DNA from: Lama guanicoe
Lineage: Eukaryota
Length of the DNA stretch: 64,000 bases
Direction: 5' to 3'
Assembly: GCA_013239625.1 (NCBI GenBank)
Contig: MU053934.1
Span: 11,075,003 to 11,139,002, forward strand
The notes under the pieces are model-generated. The model ran no database searches and was not told the DNA's origin. It saw only the letters and a list, made by a program, of their open reading frames with translations. The position numbers and the translations under genes are program-made. Shown one piece after another: positions 51,134 through 63,166 of this stretch; within the stretch, counting starts at the first letter, position 1; the number at the start of each line of letters is the position of its first letter.

Positions 51134-51320
51134 ACAGGAAACAAACACGTTTCCTTGGAGGCCAGAGAGTAAGTATCCTGGCCTCTGAGGAGCACAGGGT
51201 CTCCTCTGCAACCAGGTCAGAAGCGGCTGTGGGCAACGAGGGGACAGATGGGTGACCGTGTGCCGATAAAGCTTTATTCACACAGACAGGCAGAGGCGGG
51301 CCAGGGCCTGCGGACCTCTG
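51134..51320 (-). mobile_element. MER58A-like hAT/Charlie DNA transposon MITE
   Basis: ggccagagagtaagtatcctggcctctg...gatgggtgaccgtgtgccgataaagctttattcacacagacaggc resembles reverse MER58A. Confidence 0.75.
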
Positions 51321-52699
51321 CTCTGGAGAGCTTGGGGCTCGTCCAGGGAGCAGGTGAAATAAGGCAACGTGTCCCTCCGGCTCTCTGAGGAGGGAGCAAA
51401 GCGTAGCGGGGCCGTGGACGGGCCCCCAGCAGCGCCACCCCCCAGGGACCTCGGACGGCAGGGAGGACCCCTGCTCTGGCACCCGGGCCATGCAGGTGCA
51501 CCTTGGTGATTATTAACCACATGCGGACAAGCCTCGCTGCAGAAACCTGGCCAGGGGACAGCGCCGGGGACAGCAAAGCACGGCTCGTGGGATGGAGAGG
51601 ACAACGGAGCAAATGCAAAGAATGACAGTTTGCCTTCCCCTCCCGTCAGGCTGTCTGGGTGTCAGAAGCCCTCCGGGCGGTGCCTCTGATCCATGGCTCG
51701 GCTGTTTTCTGTGGAGTTTCCCTCAATGTTGTGCAGCCAGTCTTGACTGGGAAATGCAGCGTCTGAAACATCTTCACTTGACCAAGAGGCCCCCAGTGAC
51801 ATTAGAATAATGATTATCGCGCGTTTCGCATTTTGTGGAGAAGCGCGCTGGAGTGACACCACCACGCTGGTCTCCGCGGGGACGGTGATTTAGGAGCAGG
51901 CTCTGATCTGGGCCAGACTGTGGCGGGGCCTCCGTCTCCCTCCCCACAGAAGGCCCAGCAGGGAGGGTGCTTCATTTTCTCCGCGGCTCTTCTGTCCACA
52001 GGGAGCCTTATTTCTACTTTATACGCTTTCAGAAGCTCTGCCGTCGGCTCGATTTATGAAGCAGAGAGAAGGCCTCCGAGTGCGTGGGGACGTGGGACCC
52101 GCAAGGCTTCTCCCGCAGCCGGGGCCGCCCCTCTGACATTTCACTCTGCAGAAACCATCTCTGGATGTGGTACAAGGCGGGCGTCTGGGTTCCAAGACCT
52201 CAGACTAAGGTTGAGCCAATCTCTGGATCCTCCTGTTTTGGGCAAAAGGTGGCTTCCAGATCCATCACTCCGCAGCTCTGGAGGCCAGAAGTCCAGGGTG
52301 GGTCAGAGGGGCTGCCTTCCTCCCGGAGGCTCTAGGGGGAATCGGACGGAACCCCAGAAGCCTGCGACTCAGTTTACAAGCCAGTCCGTGGGTGGACCCA
52401 CCACGTTGAATCCTAATGTGCTCCCTCCTTCCTTGGACCCCCAGAAACAATCCACCGTCTTGTAGACGGAGGACGTGAATTCACGTCTTCTGAGTTCAAG
52501 TCTCACCAAAACCTCAGACAATGTGTCACCAAACATACAAGAGGAAAAACAAAGTCGGCTTAAGAGGCACAAATGTGCATGACTGTGAACTAACTGAGCT
52601 GTCACCGGTGTACTGTTTGAGGCAAAACTGCTAAGCCATCCGGGGCTGATCTTTGCGGGAGGAGGAGAAGAGTGGCTGGAAGGGGCTCCAGACCCACGC

Positions 52700-53880
52700 T
52701 GGTGTCTGACGACTGCTGGACGAAGGGCCACAACCGAGTGGCTTTAAGCAACGTGGACTTACCGTCTGGCGTATCTGGAGGTCGGCGGCCCAACCCCGGT
52801 CTTGAGTGCTAAGATCCTGGTCTGGCTGAGCTGGGCTCTTTCCCCAGCTCCGGAGGAGGACCCTGGCTGTGTCCTGACATGTGACGTGACGTGGATGTCT
52901 GGCCTTCCCCCTCCCGACATAGAGCTCCTGAAACCCTCGGGGTTTCCTAAGGGATCAGAGTGAAGAAGATGAAGTGGGTGCATTTTGTATCCATGTAACA
53001 AGCCCCTTCAACCACGCCAGGGTTTATGGTAATGAAATGAGTTTTGGGAAGTCTCTAAGGAGAAGGGCCGGTTGCCAAGGGAACCAGCCAAGCGATTGGA
53101 GGCTGGACCCTCCAGGGAGCGGAGAGGGGCTGGAGGTTGAATCAATCACCAGCGACCAGTGATTCGATCAGTCATGCCCAGTAATGAGGCCGCCACAAAA
53201 ACCCCTGCAGGCCGGGGCTGGCTGGGCGGATGGAGGTGCTGGGAGGGAGATGTGTCCGGAGGGGGCGTGGAGCTCTGCCCACGCACCTGTCCCCACACCT
53301 CACCCCTCTCCCCTCCGGCTCTTCCTGACTCGTAGCCCTTATAATCGCCCGCAACCTCGTAAATAAACCGCGGTCCTGGGTGCTGGGAGACGCTCTCGCG
53401 AAGGACCGAGCCCTGGGAGGGGATCATGGGGATCTGACTCATGGCAGGTCAGTCAGAAGCCCAGCTGACCACCTCACCCCGTGGGGTCTGGGCTCACTCC
53501 TGTTGGAGCCGGAACTGCTCGGTGCGGAGCCCGCACACCTGGTGGCGGGGGAGCCGGGAGCTGTGGAATGGACGGCCTAGCCTCCAGCTTGTCCTTTGCA
53601 TCCCTGCCCTTTCCTCGCTTCTGGGGGCCACTTGAATCCCCGTGGCCCCTTCCTCTGCTTCTAACGTCATTACCTCTCCTCTAACTCTGACTCTCCGGCT
53701 TCCCGGCTGCAAGGCCCCTTGTGGTTACGTTTAGGGCCCTCAAGAAAATCCAAGAGCAGCCTCCTCTCAGATCCTGAACACACTCGCCCAGCAGAGCCCC
53801 GCTGCCACGCAGGCCAACTTGCTCACGGGGTCTGAGGCTGGGGGCGTGGGCGTCTTCGTGGGGCTGCGGGGCAGCCGGCT
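52700..53880 (-). mobile_element. MLT1D-like LTR split by a MER21 insertion
   Basis: MLT1 motifs at 52720-52860 (ccacaaccgagtggctttaagcaac) and 53590-53880 (ccccttgtggttacgtttagggccc...aaaatccaag) flank MER21 sequence. Confidence 0.6.
52880..53575 (+). mobile_element. MER21B-like ERVL LTR
   Basis: agagctcctgaaaccctcgggg...aacaagccccttcaaccacgccagggtttatggtaatga...ggagaggggctggaggttgaatcaatcacc...aataaa. Confidence 0.8.
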
Positions 53881-54589
53881 CCCAGAGGGCCGGGCGGGGG
53901 CTGTACCCACCTCTGTGCTTGGAGACCTGGGAAGACGCGCACTGACCTGCCGACCCCGGGCCGCTTCTCTGGAGCAGCCGGCGGCCGGCATCAGGCAGGG
54001 CCCGTGAAAATCAGGGCGGCGGCACCGGGCAGCCTGGAAGGCAGCGGAGGGCGGTGTCTGGCTTTCTGTTTCCTTTAGTTCTGTTTTCTATTTTAATAAT
54101 AATAATAAAAAAACAGGGGTGATTCCACGGTGGCAGAGCGAACAGCAGCAGGAGGCATGCTGGCAGCCACGGGGCTCGGGGTGATCCCACCTTGTTCCCA
54201 GTTGTTCATCAGTGTGCTTTCCCCCCAAACGTCAGGATTTTGCACTGAAACATGGGAGGAGTGAGTGTGTGTGCGTGCGAGTTCCCAGTGTGTGTGCGTG
54301 TGAGAGGGGCGCGGGCTCCCGGTGCGCGTTGGGGCAGCAGAGCGTCTCCCGTGGCCGTCACTGGGGAGACCACGGCCACTCCGGCTGCCCCATTGCACCC
54401 CCTCTGCTGCAGGAAACTCCTGAGACAGCTGTCTCTCTAGTGACCACAGAAGCATCTCGTGGCTTCGCCCCATTCCTGAGACTAGCACCACCCACCTGCG
54501 CTTTGTCCCCAGAGCCCTCTGTGCTGTGTCCGAATGCCACCCAGCGCCTTGTCTCAGCCACGGTGAGACAGGAGGGGAGGGGCAGGACA

Positions 54590-55090
54590 TGGCTGTTCAG
54601 GGAAGGACACAGCGGTTAGCCCGAGATGGCGGAGAATTCCACTCTCACTAGGTCTTGAGGCCCAAGATGGCGGGAGCTGACCCCCAGGCGACCATGACCT
54701 TCCTGGTCTGCTCGCAGTGGTGTATGAGCATGTGAATGGCGCTCCCACAGGCGCCCTGACGGCTCTGAGGCTGACCCTGAAAGGGCAGGGTGGGCGCAGC
54801 CTGGGGTCCCCGGCCCTTCCCCAGAGTGGTGGGAACAGTCCTCCCACTCATCACCATATGAAGTTCCGAGCCCCTAGACACTGTCATCCCCGCGCCTCCC
54901 TGCCGCCCCCCCCCCACTGAGTGAGACGCCTGCGCTCAGTCCACGGGGTGCGTGTCTGAATAAACCTGCTTTCACTCTCCTGTGGCTCCTCTGGAGCTCT
55001 TTCCTGAGCAAAGCCAAGGACTGACACTTGGTGGACAAATCTCAGGGACTCAGCTGAGACCCGGGCACGGCCGTCCTCTTGCGCCCCATT
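54590..55090 (+). mobile_element. ERV1-type solo LTR (LTR39-like, tentative)
   Basis: Two (a/g)agatggcgg YY1-like motifs, ctcccacaggcgccctgac, then gaataaacctgctttcact...ctctttcctgagcaaagccaagg: U3-R-U5 organisation. Confidence 0.6.
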
Positions 55091-56419
55091 TTCCTGCATC
55101 AGTGGGCCGTGGTGGGGGGAGGTTCTGACGACTGTGGATGTGGCAGACCCCAGCACACGTCCCTTTGAAAGCAGGACGGACACAGGAAGGCCTTGTATGA
55201 GCACAGCAAGGCCACCACCTGGAGCAGCCCGGGCCCTGGGCCACCTGGCCAGGTGACAGGTGGCGCCGGAAAGTCAGGTGTGCACAGCAGACTGGACTTT
55301 GCCTGCTGGGGACTCTCCCTCCCCCAAGGACCCTGGAGAGGGGCCAGGGTTTGGGAGGAGCTGCCCAGGAATGAGATTCTGGGACCCCTAGCCCCCCACC
55401 AGCGTGTTCCCAGGGAGGGGCCGTGACGGAGCTGAGAGGAGACTGGTAAACCAGGGTAACCGGCCCCCGTCCATCAGGCGGGGTAATGAGCTGGATTTAT
55501 AGAAAAGGAAACACGATATGATTCCGCGTAATGGCTGTTGACAGAGATTCAGGCTGTTTGTTCTAGGAAATTAAATTGACAAACAGCGAGGGTTCACGGG
55601 GCTCGCATCTCTGATTTGCAAGCTCCTGTCAAAAGGTGCGTGTGCTCCTGGCCGCGCCAATCAGACACTGAGACTGTGCAGAAAGGAGCCGGGGGGCGTC
55701 CTAGGGGATCTGCATTTCAGACACTCTGAGACCCTGCTCCGCAGACGAGCTCCTCACGGAGGAAGCAGGGTAGAAACGCTAAGCTTTGTTCCCAGAGAGA
55801 ACAGGCCACATTTTTTAAAAATTTAATTAAGACCCAAGATCAGGTTTGCGTAATTAAATTTACGCCGTGAGGAAGCGGGGTGATGGAGGCGCCTGCGTCC
55901 TCCCCGACACCCTGGAGGGGAGGAGACGCCTCTGCTTCCCTCGGACCTAAATTCTGAGGCTGCGCTCATCTCAGGTGTGAAACATGCACCAGCCACTCTC
56001 ACTGCTTTGTTTTCATTTGTTTTTCTAATCTCTGAAGAATGCTCTCCGGGTGCAGACAAGCCAGGGAGGCAACCGTGTGGTTTCCTGACCTACTCACGGG
56101 GCACACGGCGCTCTCCGCGGGCTGGGCCCGTCCTGCAGGGCGGCCTCGGCCCCGACGTCGGAGGAAGGCGGCCGGAAGTCAGGACGCTCCCGCAGGCCCC
56201 GGCGGGCTGCAGACGTGGGCTGTGTGCGGGAGAGACCCAGGAAGCCTGGAAGCCGTTGTTTCGATGGCAGTTTACTCACGGGAGTGGGAGAAAATGAGGG
56301 GGGGCCCTGGAGATGGGGTGAGTTTTGAATGAGACATAGGAAGGTGACATCTGGCCATTTTTCCTCAGTATTCCAAGCCTCTAGATTTTATCCTGATTTG
56401 CAGAACTGATCTTTAATTC

Positions 56420-56520
56420 TTTTAATTTTTAAAAAAATTTTATTGGGTTATAGTCAGTTTCCAATGTTGTGTCAGTTTCCAGGGTAGAGCACAATGTTTC
56501 AGTTATACGTGAACATACAT
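56420..56520 (-). mobile_element. Short L1 3' terminal fragment
   Basis: ttttattgggttatagtcagtttccaatgttgtgtcagtttccagggtagagc is the reverse of the L1 end seen at 21.36-21.42 kb. Confidence 0.8.
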
Positions 56521-58566
56521 GGCATCTGGCCTTTTCAAATGACAAAGAACACATGTCGGTGGGAACGGAAGGAGGGAGAGGCGGGTGGGCAGACCGACCT
56601 CAGACGGAGAAGGCTTCTTCTCCAGTGGGAGCCCACGCCCTTCGGAGCAGGAACCCCAAAAAGCTGCAGAGCCCAGAGGAAGCCTCTGCAGGGGTCCAGA
56701 GCGCTCGGCCCAGGGCGCGTGGCTCGGTGGCTTCGGGAGGCCTGTGGGTCACGTTTGGGAGCAGAGCCCAGCGTGATGAGGGGGACCACCTCGAAGGGGC
56801 GTCGGCAGAGAAACGTTTCCCCAGGGACTTTGCAGAATGAGGAAAGACAAGCCCGGAGCTTGTCCCACCCCCTGTCCGGACGCACACTGGAGCCGCCCTT
56901 GTCTGCCCCAGGTAGACCAAGGTAGGGCTGAGTCCGAAGGGCAGCGGGGGGGCGCGGGAGGGCTCGGGCACACATGACTTTTGGAAGCAGTCTGTCCAAG
57001 GCTGTGAACGAGAGATCTGTAATACATCAACAGCCAACCAAAGGATGCCCTTTGTTCAAGCTCTTCTCTGAGCCCCAGCGAGACACTGGGACAGTGTCCT
57101 TCCCTGCTCCTGAGCCCACGAGGCCGGAGCTCGCCAGCACGGGTGGAAAGGGGCTGCGTCAACTTTCAGGGGTCCTCCTGCCAAACTCACCCCCGCACTC
57201 AGCCTTTTAGGGTCACGGGGCAGCACACTGTTCAGACTCGTGAGAAAGCATCGGGGTGAGACGGGTCTGGGATTGGCCTTGTGTTTGTGGGCAAAGGGCA
57301 GTTCGGGAACCGGGGGAAATGGGCTACCAGGCAGGTTAAACCCTCACTCGGGAACCAGCTTCAGTCAGAACGTTTCTAAACAGAAGCGCTGAGCGGGCAT
57401 CCCCACGTGTTGGTCCATCCCGGGGGCTTTCTCCCGGTTTCCGTGAGCCCCTCCCCTTTCCCTCCCTTGTCCAGGGTGCGCAGGACCCCTACCTTTTTTG
57501 GCAGAGCGTGCACGTGGGCAGGCCCACAAACCCAAACCTAACAAAAGAGCTTGTCCACAAAACACACCAATCTGTTGAGCGGACAGGACCCAACTCCACC
57601 AAAAACCGGGACCAGGGCCACCGTCACAGGGGTCGCAGTGGTGAAGCAGTCTGCTGCTCATCAGGGAAACTCTGGTCATGAACTTCCTCCCAGACAGGCC
57701 AGCGCCGCTGCCCCCGGGAGCCCCCCGCGCATCTCTGCGTTCGCTCGGTTCCAGGGCGAATTACGGTCGTGTGATTCGTAAATCTCTTCAAAGATGTAAA
57801 CAGGATGGTTGTGCCGCTGTCAGATATTAATGACTTAATGAGTCTGTGCCGTTAGTTTATGTAAATGGATAATGGAATCTCTACAGGGGCCAAATATAAT
57901 ATTACAATCTGGTGGTTCAGTGACTGCTTTACACACACACAGCTAGTGTGTCGTTGGAGAAAGCAAGTTCTGAGCGCTGACAAGGTCATCGCGGTCAGGT
58001 TTCTGTCCAGGCTCCTGGCAAGAGCCAGGGTTGAGGCTTCCCCTGCAGGGCGAGGACCCCTGGGGCCCCCGGGAGGGAACCGGACACATGTTCCCTCCCT
58101 CCCCCTCCCCCCAGGGAGCTCCCGGCCCTCGGTGCTCCCCAAGCCTGTCCTCAGCCGGAGGTGATTCTTACCCGTATCCCCAACCCTGGGCATCCTCCTC
58201 TGATCATTCTCCCAGCAGCCGGTAGAGCTGGCCCAGCTCCCACAGCCTGCTTCTCAGCACCCCGTCCTCAGTCCCTCCGGGCTCTGCCTTCAAGTCTTAC
58301 CGCGCTGAACAGCGTCCCCCCAGACAATCCATAGGCTGGAGTCCTGACCCCCAGGGCCTCGGACTGTGGCTGTGTGTGCCCCTTGCTTCCCGAGGCTAGG
58401 TCAGCTCTGGCCCCATGTGCACACACACGTGTGGACACACACTCGCACGCCTGGCAACTGCCCTGCCTGAGCCTCATGTCTCCTCTGTAAGGTGAGGCGA
58501 CAAAGCCCACTTTGCAGGGTTAGGATGGAGAAGAGCTGAGGTGATGACGGCTCTTTCTGGGTCGGT

Positions 58567-58860
58567 TACGGGCTAAATGTTTGTGCCCCCAAATTTCCTC
58601 AGTTGAAACCCTAACACTTAGTGGGATGGTGTCATGACACGGGTCTGTGGGCGGTGACACAGGTCATGAGGGGGAAGCCCCCACGATAGGAGCAGCGTCT
58701 CGTGTCCCATCAGAGAAGAAAGACTCGAGACGCCCTCTCTCTGCCGTGGGGACACGGCGAAGGCACAGGACCAGAGCCCCCACCAGGCACCCAGTCCCGG
58801 GCTCCAGGCCCCAGAGCTGGGAGGGACATCTGTCCGAGCGTCCGGCCTGAGCTGAGACAC
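58567..58860 (+). mobile_element. MLT1A-like MaLR LTR
   Basis: gttacgggctaaatgtttgtgcccccaaattt...gttgaaaccctaac...ggtcatgagggggaagccccc. Confidence 0.8.
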
Positions 58861-61164
58861 ACGGTGCGTGTGTCTAAATGCCCCACCACCACCCAGGAGC
58901 GTGCGCCCAGGCCCCACGGGACGTCTCTGCCCCCAGGAGCCTCCAGGCCACCAGCACATCCTCTCATCCTCACCGAGCTCCTAGCGCTCCGGGGCTGGGC
59001 TGGAGGTACAGGTGGCCGTGGGGACATCTGACGGCCTCTGGTCCCATCACGGCCAAGCTTGGGGTGAGGCGGACTGGACTTCTTCCTCTCTGGGGGCCTC
59101 ACACTCTATAAAATCAGGCGACACAGAATCCAGCCAGGGGCTTTGAGTGTCCCCCCACCTGTGTCCACATGCCCCTCCCTCATCCAGCCTCCCCTCCTCC
59201 CCGACCCCCTTCCTCCAGCCCCCACCTTCTCCGGCCACATGCCTACCTGCAGGATAACGTGAGCCCCCCTGTTCTCTGAATGTTTCTGTTGTGTTGTCTC
59301 CTCCTGTTTATTTGTGAGCTGCAGTGGGAAACAGTTACCCATTCCGACTTCTACTGTGGATAAACAAATACGGAAAATTAGCAGATGTGTTTTGCAGATG
59401 TACATAACCAAAATAACCTCCCTCCCGATGCAGAGAAGCAGCCGGGAGGACTGCTGGGGACAAGGCCCTGGGCAGTGCTGGACGCCCTTTCCAGCTTTAA
59501 CGGGAGGAATGTGAGCATCAAGGAGGGGAGAGGACGACCCCAGGACCAGAAGCTGGTGGCCTAGTGTGACGTGGGCACATCGGGTGGGGGCAGAGGCCAG
59601 GGACCTGATGGGGAAGGGGAGGGCAGTGGGCCAGTGCTGCAGGCTGCAGCAGGCGGCCACAAGGTCCTGTAAAGCCCGGGGGGCGAGGAGAGGAGACACG
59701 GAGACCCTCCGCCCCGTGAAGATGCAGAAGTCAGATTTCAGGGTGTCAGGGAGGGCGTGGGCCAGCACAGCCTTGCCCTCAGGAAGGGAAGTGGGGACAA
59801 GAGCCTGAAGGCGTGACCCCAGGACATCCAGCCCCCGGCACATGGCCCCCAACTCAAGAGCCATCAGACCGCAGGCAGCTGTCCTCAGAGGCCGGGAGGC
59901 AGGGGTGCCCCCCACGCTGGTCCTTTAGAAACCCTGCAGCCCTGCACGGAGCTGGTCTGGTTGTCCTCCTGACCCTGGGCCCAAGACTGGTCCTGCCAGG
60001 CACCGCTGATCAGGCACGCAAGCCCCTGGGACCCCCTCCCGCTGCCTCCTCCCTGGTGGAGCGGCCTCCCCGAACGCCTGCCCTCGAGACGCTGCGGGCG
60101 GGCCCTGCCCAGGGTGGCATCTGGACCCCAGCCTGTGTTTCCTGGAGACTCGGCGCAGCACAGCCCGGGAGCAGGTGTCCCGGGAGCTGGGGTGGCCTCC
60201 CTGGCCAGAGGCCACCTGCTGCCGCGTCGAGCCTGCTCCCCGTCTGCTCCCTGGCGTCTGCTCGTGAACGCGTGCCTGTCACTTGCGCTTTGAATCTATT
60301 TGCGCAAAACGTGTTAGTCTCCTAACTGTGACCTGCAAACACTGGGAATTTTGGCTTCCTCTCCGGCTAAAAAGGAAACGCCGAGCCTGGGTCCTGGTGC
60401 CCATCTCCAGGTCACGGTCCCCGCAGATGGCAGGTCCCTGTCCTGCCTGAGCGCTGGACCCCTCCACACACACACAGGACACGCTCGCCGGCACACACGG
60501 GCGCTCGCACACAGTCGCACACACACGAGCTCACCCCCAGCCCAGATGGCCGTCCCGCAGGCACTAGGACGCCTCGGAGAACGGATGAGGCCCCTCGTCA
60601 GCAGGCAGGTCTGGTCCCGGGGAGGAAACACGCGGCACAATCTTATTTCTTCTTACGTGAAAATAGACACAGCCTCATAGGAATAATTTAATCTGCCTTT
60701 TCTGTCAGAACTGACTGCTACTCGGAGGAAGCTTTCTTCTCATCTAATTTTACCCTCAAATAAAATAAAAGACTCCAAGAATGTTAGAGCTAAAAGAGCT
60801 CATTCAACCCCATCGCCTGGGGCCCGGGGAGCGGGGCAGGGACGGCCCAGGGCAGTGCCTCCTGCCCAGGAGCGGGTGGGAGACAGGGGCAGGGAGGGGA
60901 CTCAGGGGCGCGGTGGGGACCCAGAGGCCAGGCGGGGGTGCAGGAGTGGTGGCTGCCCCTCCCGTCAGGGCTCCCACAGACCTTGGGGACAACTGCCTGC
61001 CAGGTGTGAGCCACAGAGACGCAAGGGGGTCTGGGGTGTCCACCCCGTCCCCGAGCATCGCAGCGTCTGCAGCTGGACCCCACCCCCGGCCCTGCAGCCG
61101 AGGCCTCAGCCAGGCTGCCCGCACAGGCAAGGAGACCGGGGCCGGCTGCAGGGAGCACGTGGTC

Positions 61165-61635
61165 CGGGAGGTCAGCCGACTGGCCTGGCTGCTGTCCTCC
61201 CAGCCACCTGCGCGGTCGGCCTGGCTCCCGGGGACCCTGGATGCTGACCTCCCGTTAGGAGGGGACTCTGGGCCACCCTGTGTGACTCAGGGGTTTGTGC
61301 TGAGTGCCGGGTTCCCTGGGGTCTGGAGTTCGGGTGCCCTCAGGCAGAGGGTGCACAGCCGGGCACGGCCTCTGACGGGCCCCCCGGGGAGACAGCATCT
61401 CACACGTGGGGTCGCAGCTCATCTGTGGGGCATCACATGTGTCTGAGCGACTCCCCAGGCAGAACTGGGAGTGTGCCTGGTCCTCGGGCTTCCCCTGGGC
61501 GCCCACCCTCTGCGCACTTGGCTCTGTGTCCTGTCGCCGTGACGAGCCTTAGCTGTGGGGCGCCTACAGGCTGAGCCCCGCGGCTCCTTCTAGCAAGCCA
61601 AGGAGCCTGGCGCTGGTCTTGGGGGCCCCGACACG
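61165..61635 (+). mobile_element. MER68/MER77-like ERVL LTR
   Basis: ggggtctggagttcgggtgccctcaggcagagggtgc...agacagcatctcacacgtg...ctgagccccgcggctccttctagc...ggtcttgggggccccgacac. Confidence 0.7.
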
Positions 61636-62554
61636 CACTTCAGAGTCTCAGGAAACGTGGCCACATGTCCTAGAGGACCAAGCCCTGGGCCAGCAGTGCG
61701 GGGTGAATGGTGGCAGGTGACGAGCTCTGTCCTTGGTGCAGCTGCGTTCGGCCCGGGCCGGCCTGGCCTGGGGACCTGGCTGAGGTGCTCGCCACGCCTG
61801 TGACCCCGGGGAGTGGGTGTGGTTTGGGAGTCTACTGTTTTCCTTAATGTTTTGGGACATGTTGCACTTACCATTTAAGCTCTTTTAAAACCACCAGTTG
61901 AATAGTTGTTCAAGGCTCTGCAGGGTGCAACATTGCCGCTGCTGGCCATTCATTCTTCTAGCAAAGACCCGCCACGTGCCTGTGCTGTGCTCGGCGGGGG
62001 TGGCATTGGGGGATGGGGAGAACCGTGTAGGCAGACCAGGCCCCGCCGTCCGGGCGCACACCCAGGGGCAGGGACAGAAGACAGTTAGGTGGACAGGGAA
62101 GGGGAAGCAGCGTCATGAGACGGAGAGAAACCAGAGGACGTTTCAGCCATCGGCCAGTTTTCCTGCAAAGTATCAATAGAACTAATGTCTTTGTGTGAAA
62201 ATGTCTGAGTGCATCTCAGATCATGTCCTGAAGATAAATTCCTAGACGTGAAATTCCTGGGAGAGAAGTACGAGCATTTACAGCTCGACAAAAACTGTTT
62301 GGGCAACTCTTGCAAATGTCCAGCCCCTGGAGATGTCTTCTGGTGCAGAACTCACCCCCAGGAGCCCACTGTCCCGGTTTCACCTGGGCCTCGGGGCTCC
62401 CCTGCACGTTGACCCAAGTCGTCTGCCGCGGCCTCTGCAGCAAGAACATGTGTGCACTCGCCCCGCAAGTCAAAGGCTAGCTCTCCATCAGGTGGGGGCT
62501 GGGAGGCGCCTCCAGGGGGATGCGACCTCGTGTTGCCAAGACAGTTGCCATGGA

Positions 62555-62705
62555 GTGAAGGACGAGGGGGAAGAGGAGGAGATGGAGGAGGAGGAAGGGA
62601 ATGAAGGAAGGAGAGATGGAGGAGGAAGCGGAGGAGGGGAGGGGGAGGGAGGAGGGGGAGATGGAGGAGGAGGGGAAGGGAGGAGGGCAGACAGGAAGGG
62701 AACGT
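62555..62705. repeat. (GGA)-rich polypurine tract
   Basis: gaggaggagatggaggaggaggaaggg... almost purine-only. Confidence 0.9.
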
Positions 62706-62822
62706 GGGCATCTGGGCATGGCCACCAGCCAAATACCGCTCCTGTTTCCTCTTGAAAATGCACATGAACTTGGCTTCCACCTCCCCATTCAGACAGGTCG
62801 ACTTCAGCTTTAAAATAATGGG

Positions 62823-63166
62823 CTATGATCCAATAACCCCATCCCTGGTCATATTTTCAGAGGAAACTCTAACTCAAAAAGACACCTGCACCCCAGTGTT
62901 CACAGCAGCACTGTTTACAATAGCCAAGATGTGGAAACAACCTACATTTCCATCAACACATGCCTGGATAAAGAAGTTGTGGTGTATTTGTACAGTGGAA
63001 TACTACTCAGCCGTAAAAAGAATAAAACAATGCCATTTGCAGCTACATGGATGGACCTGGAGATAGTCATTCTAAGTGACGCAAGCCAGAAAGAGAAAGA
63101 AAAATACCATATGATATTACTCATATGTGCAATCCAAAAATAAAAAGTACAAATGAGCTTACTTAC
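62823..63166 (+). mobile_element. L1 ORF2 C-terminal fragment (younger, lineage type)
   Basis: Peptides QKDTCTPVFTAALFTIAKMWKQP and MPFAATWMDLEIVILSDASQKEKEKYHMI in adjacent frames match the L1 ORF2 C-terminus. Confidence 0.95.

Noticed and set aside
62333..62788. Glu/Gly-rich or Pro/Ser-rich ORFs
   Set aside because: Translations of a (GGA)n low-complexity tract
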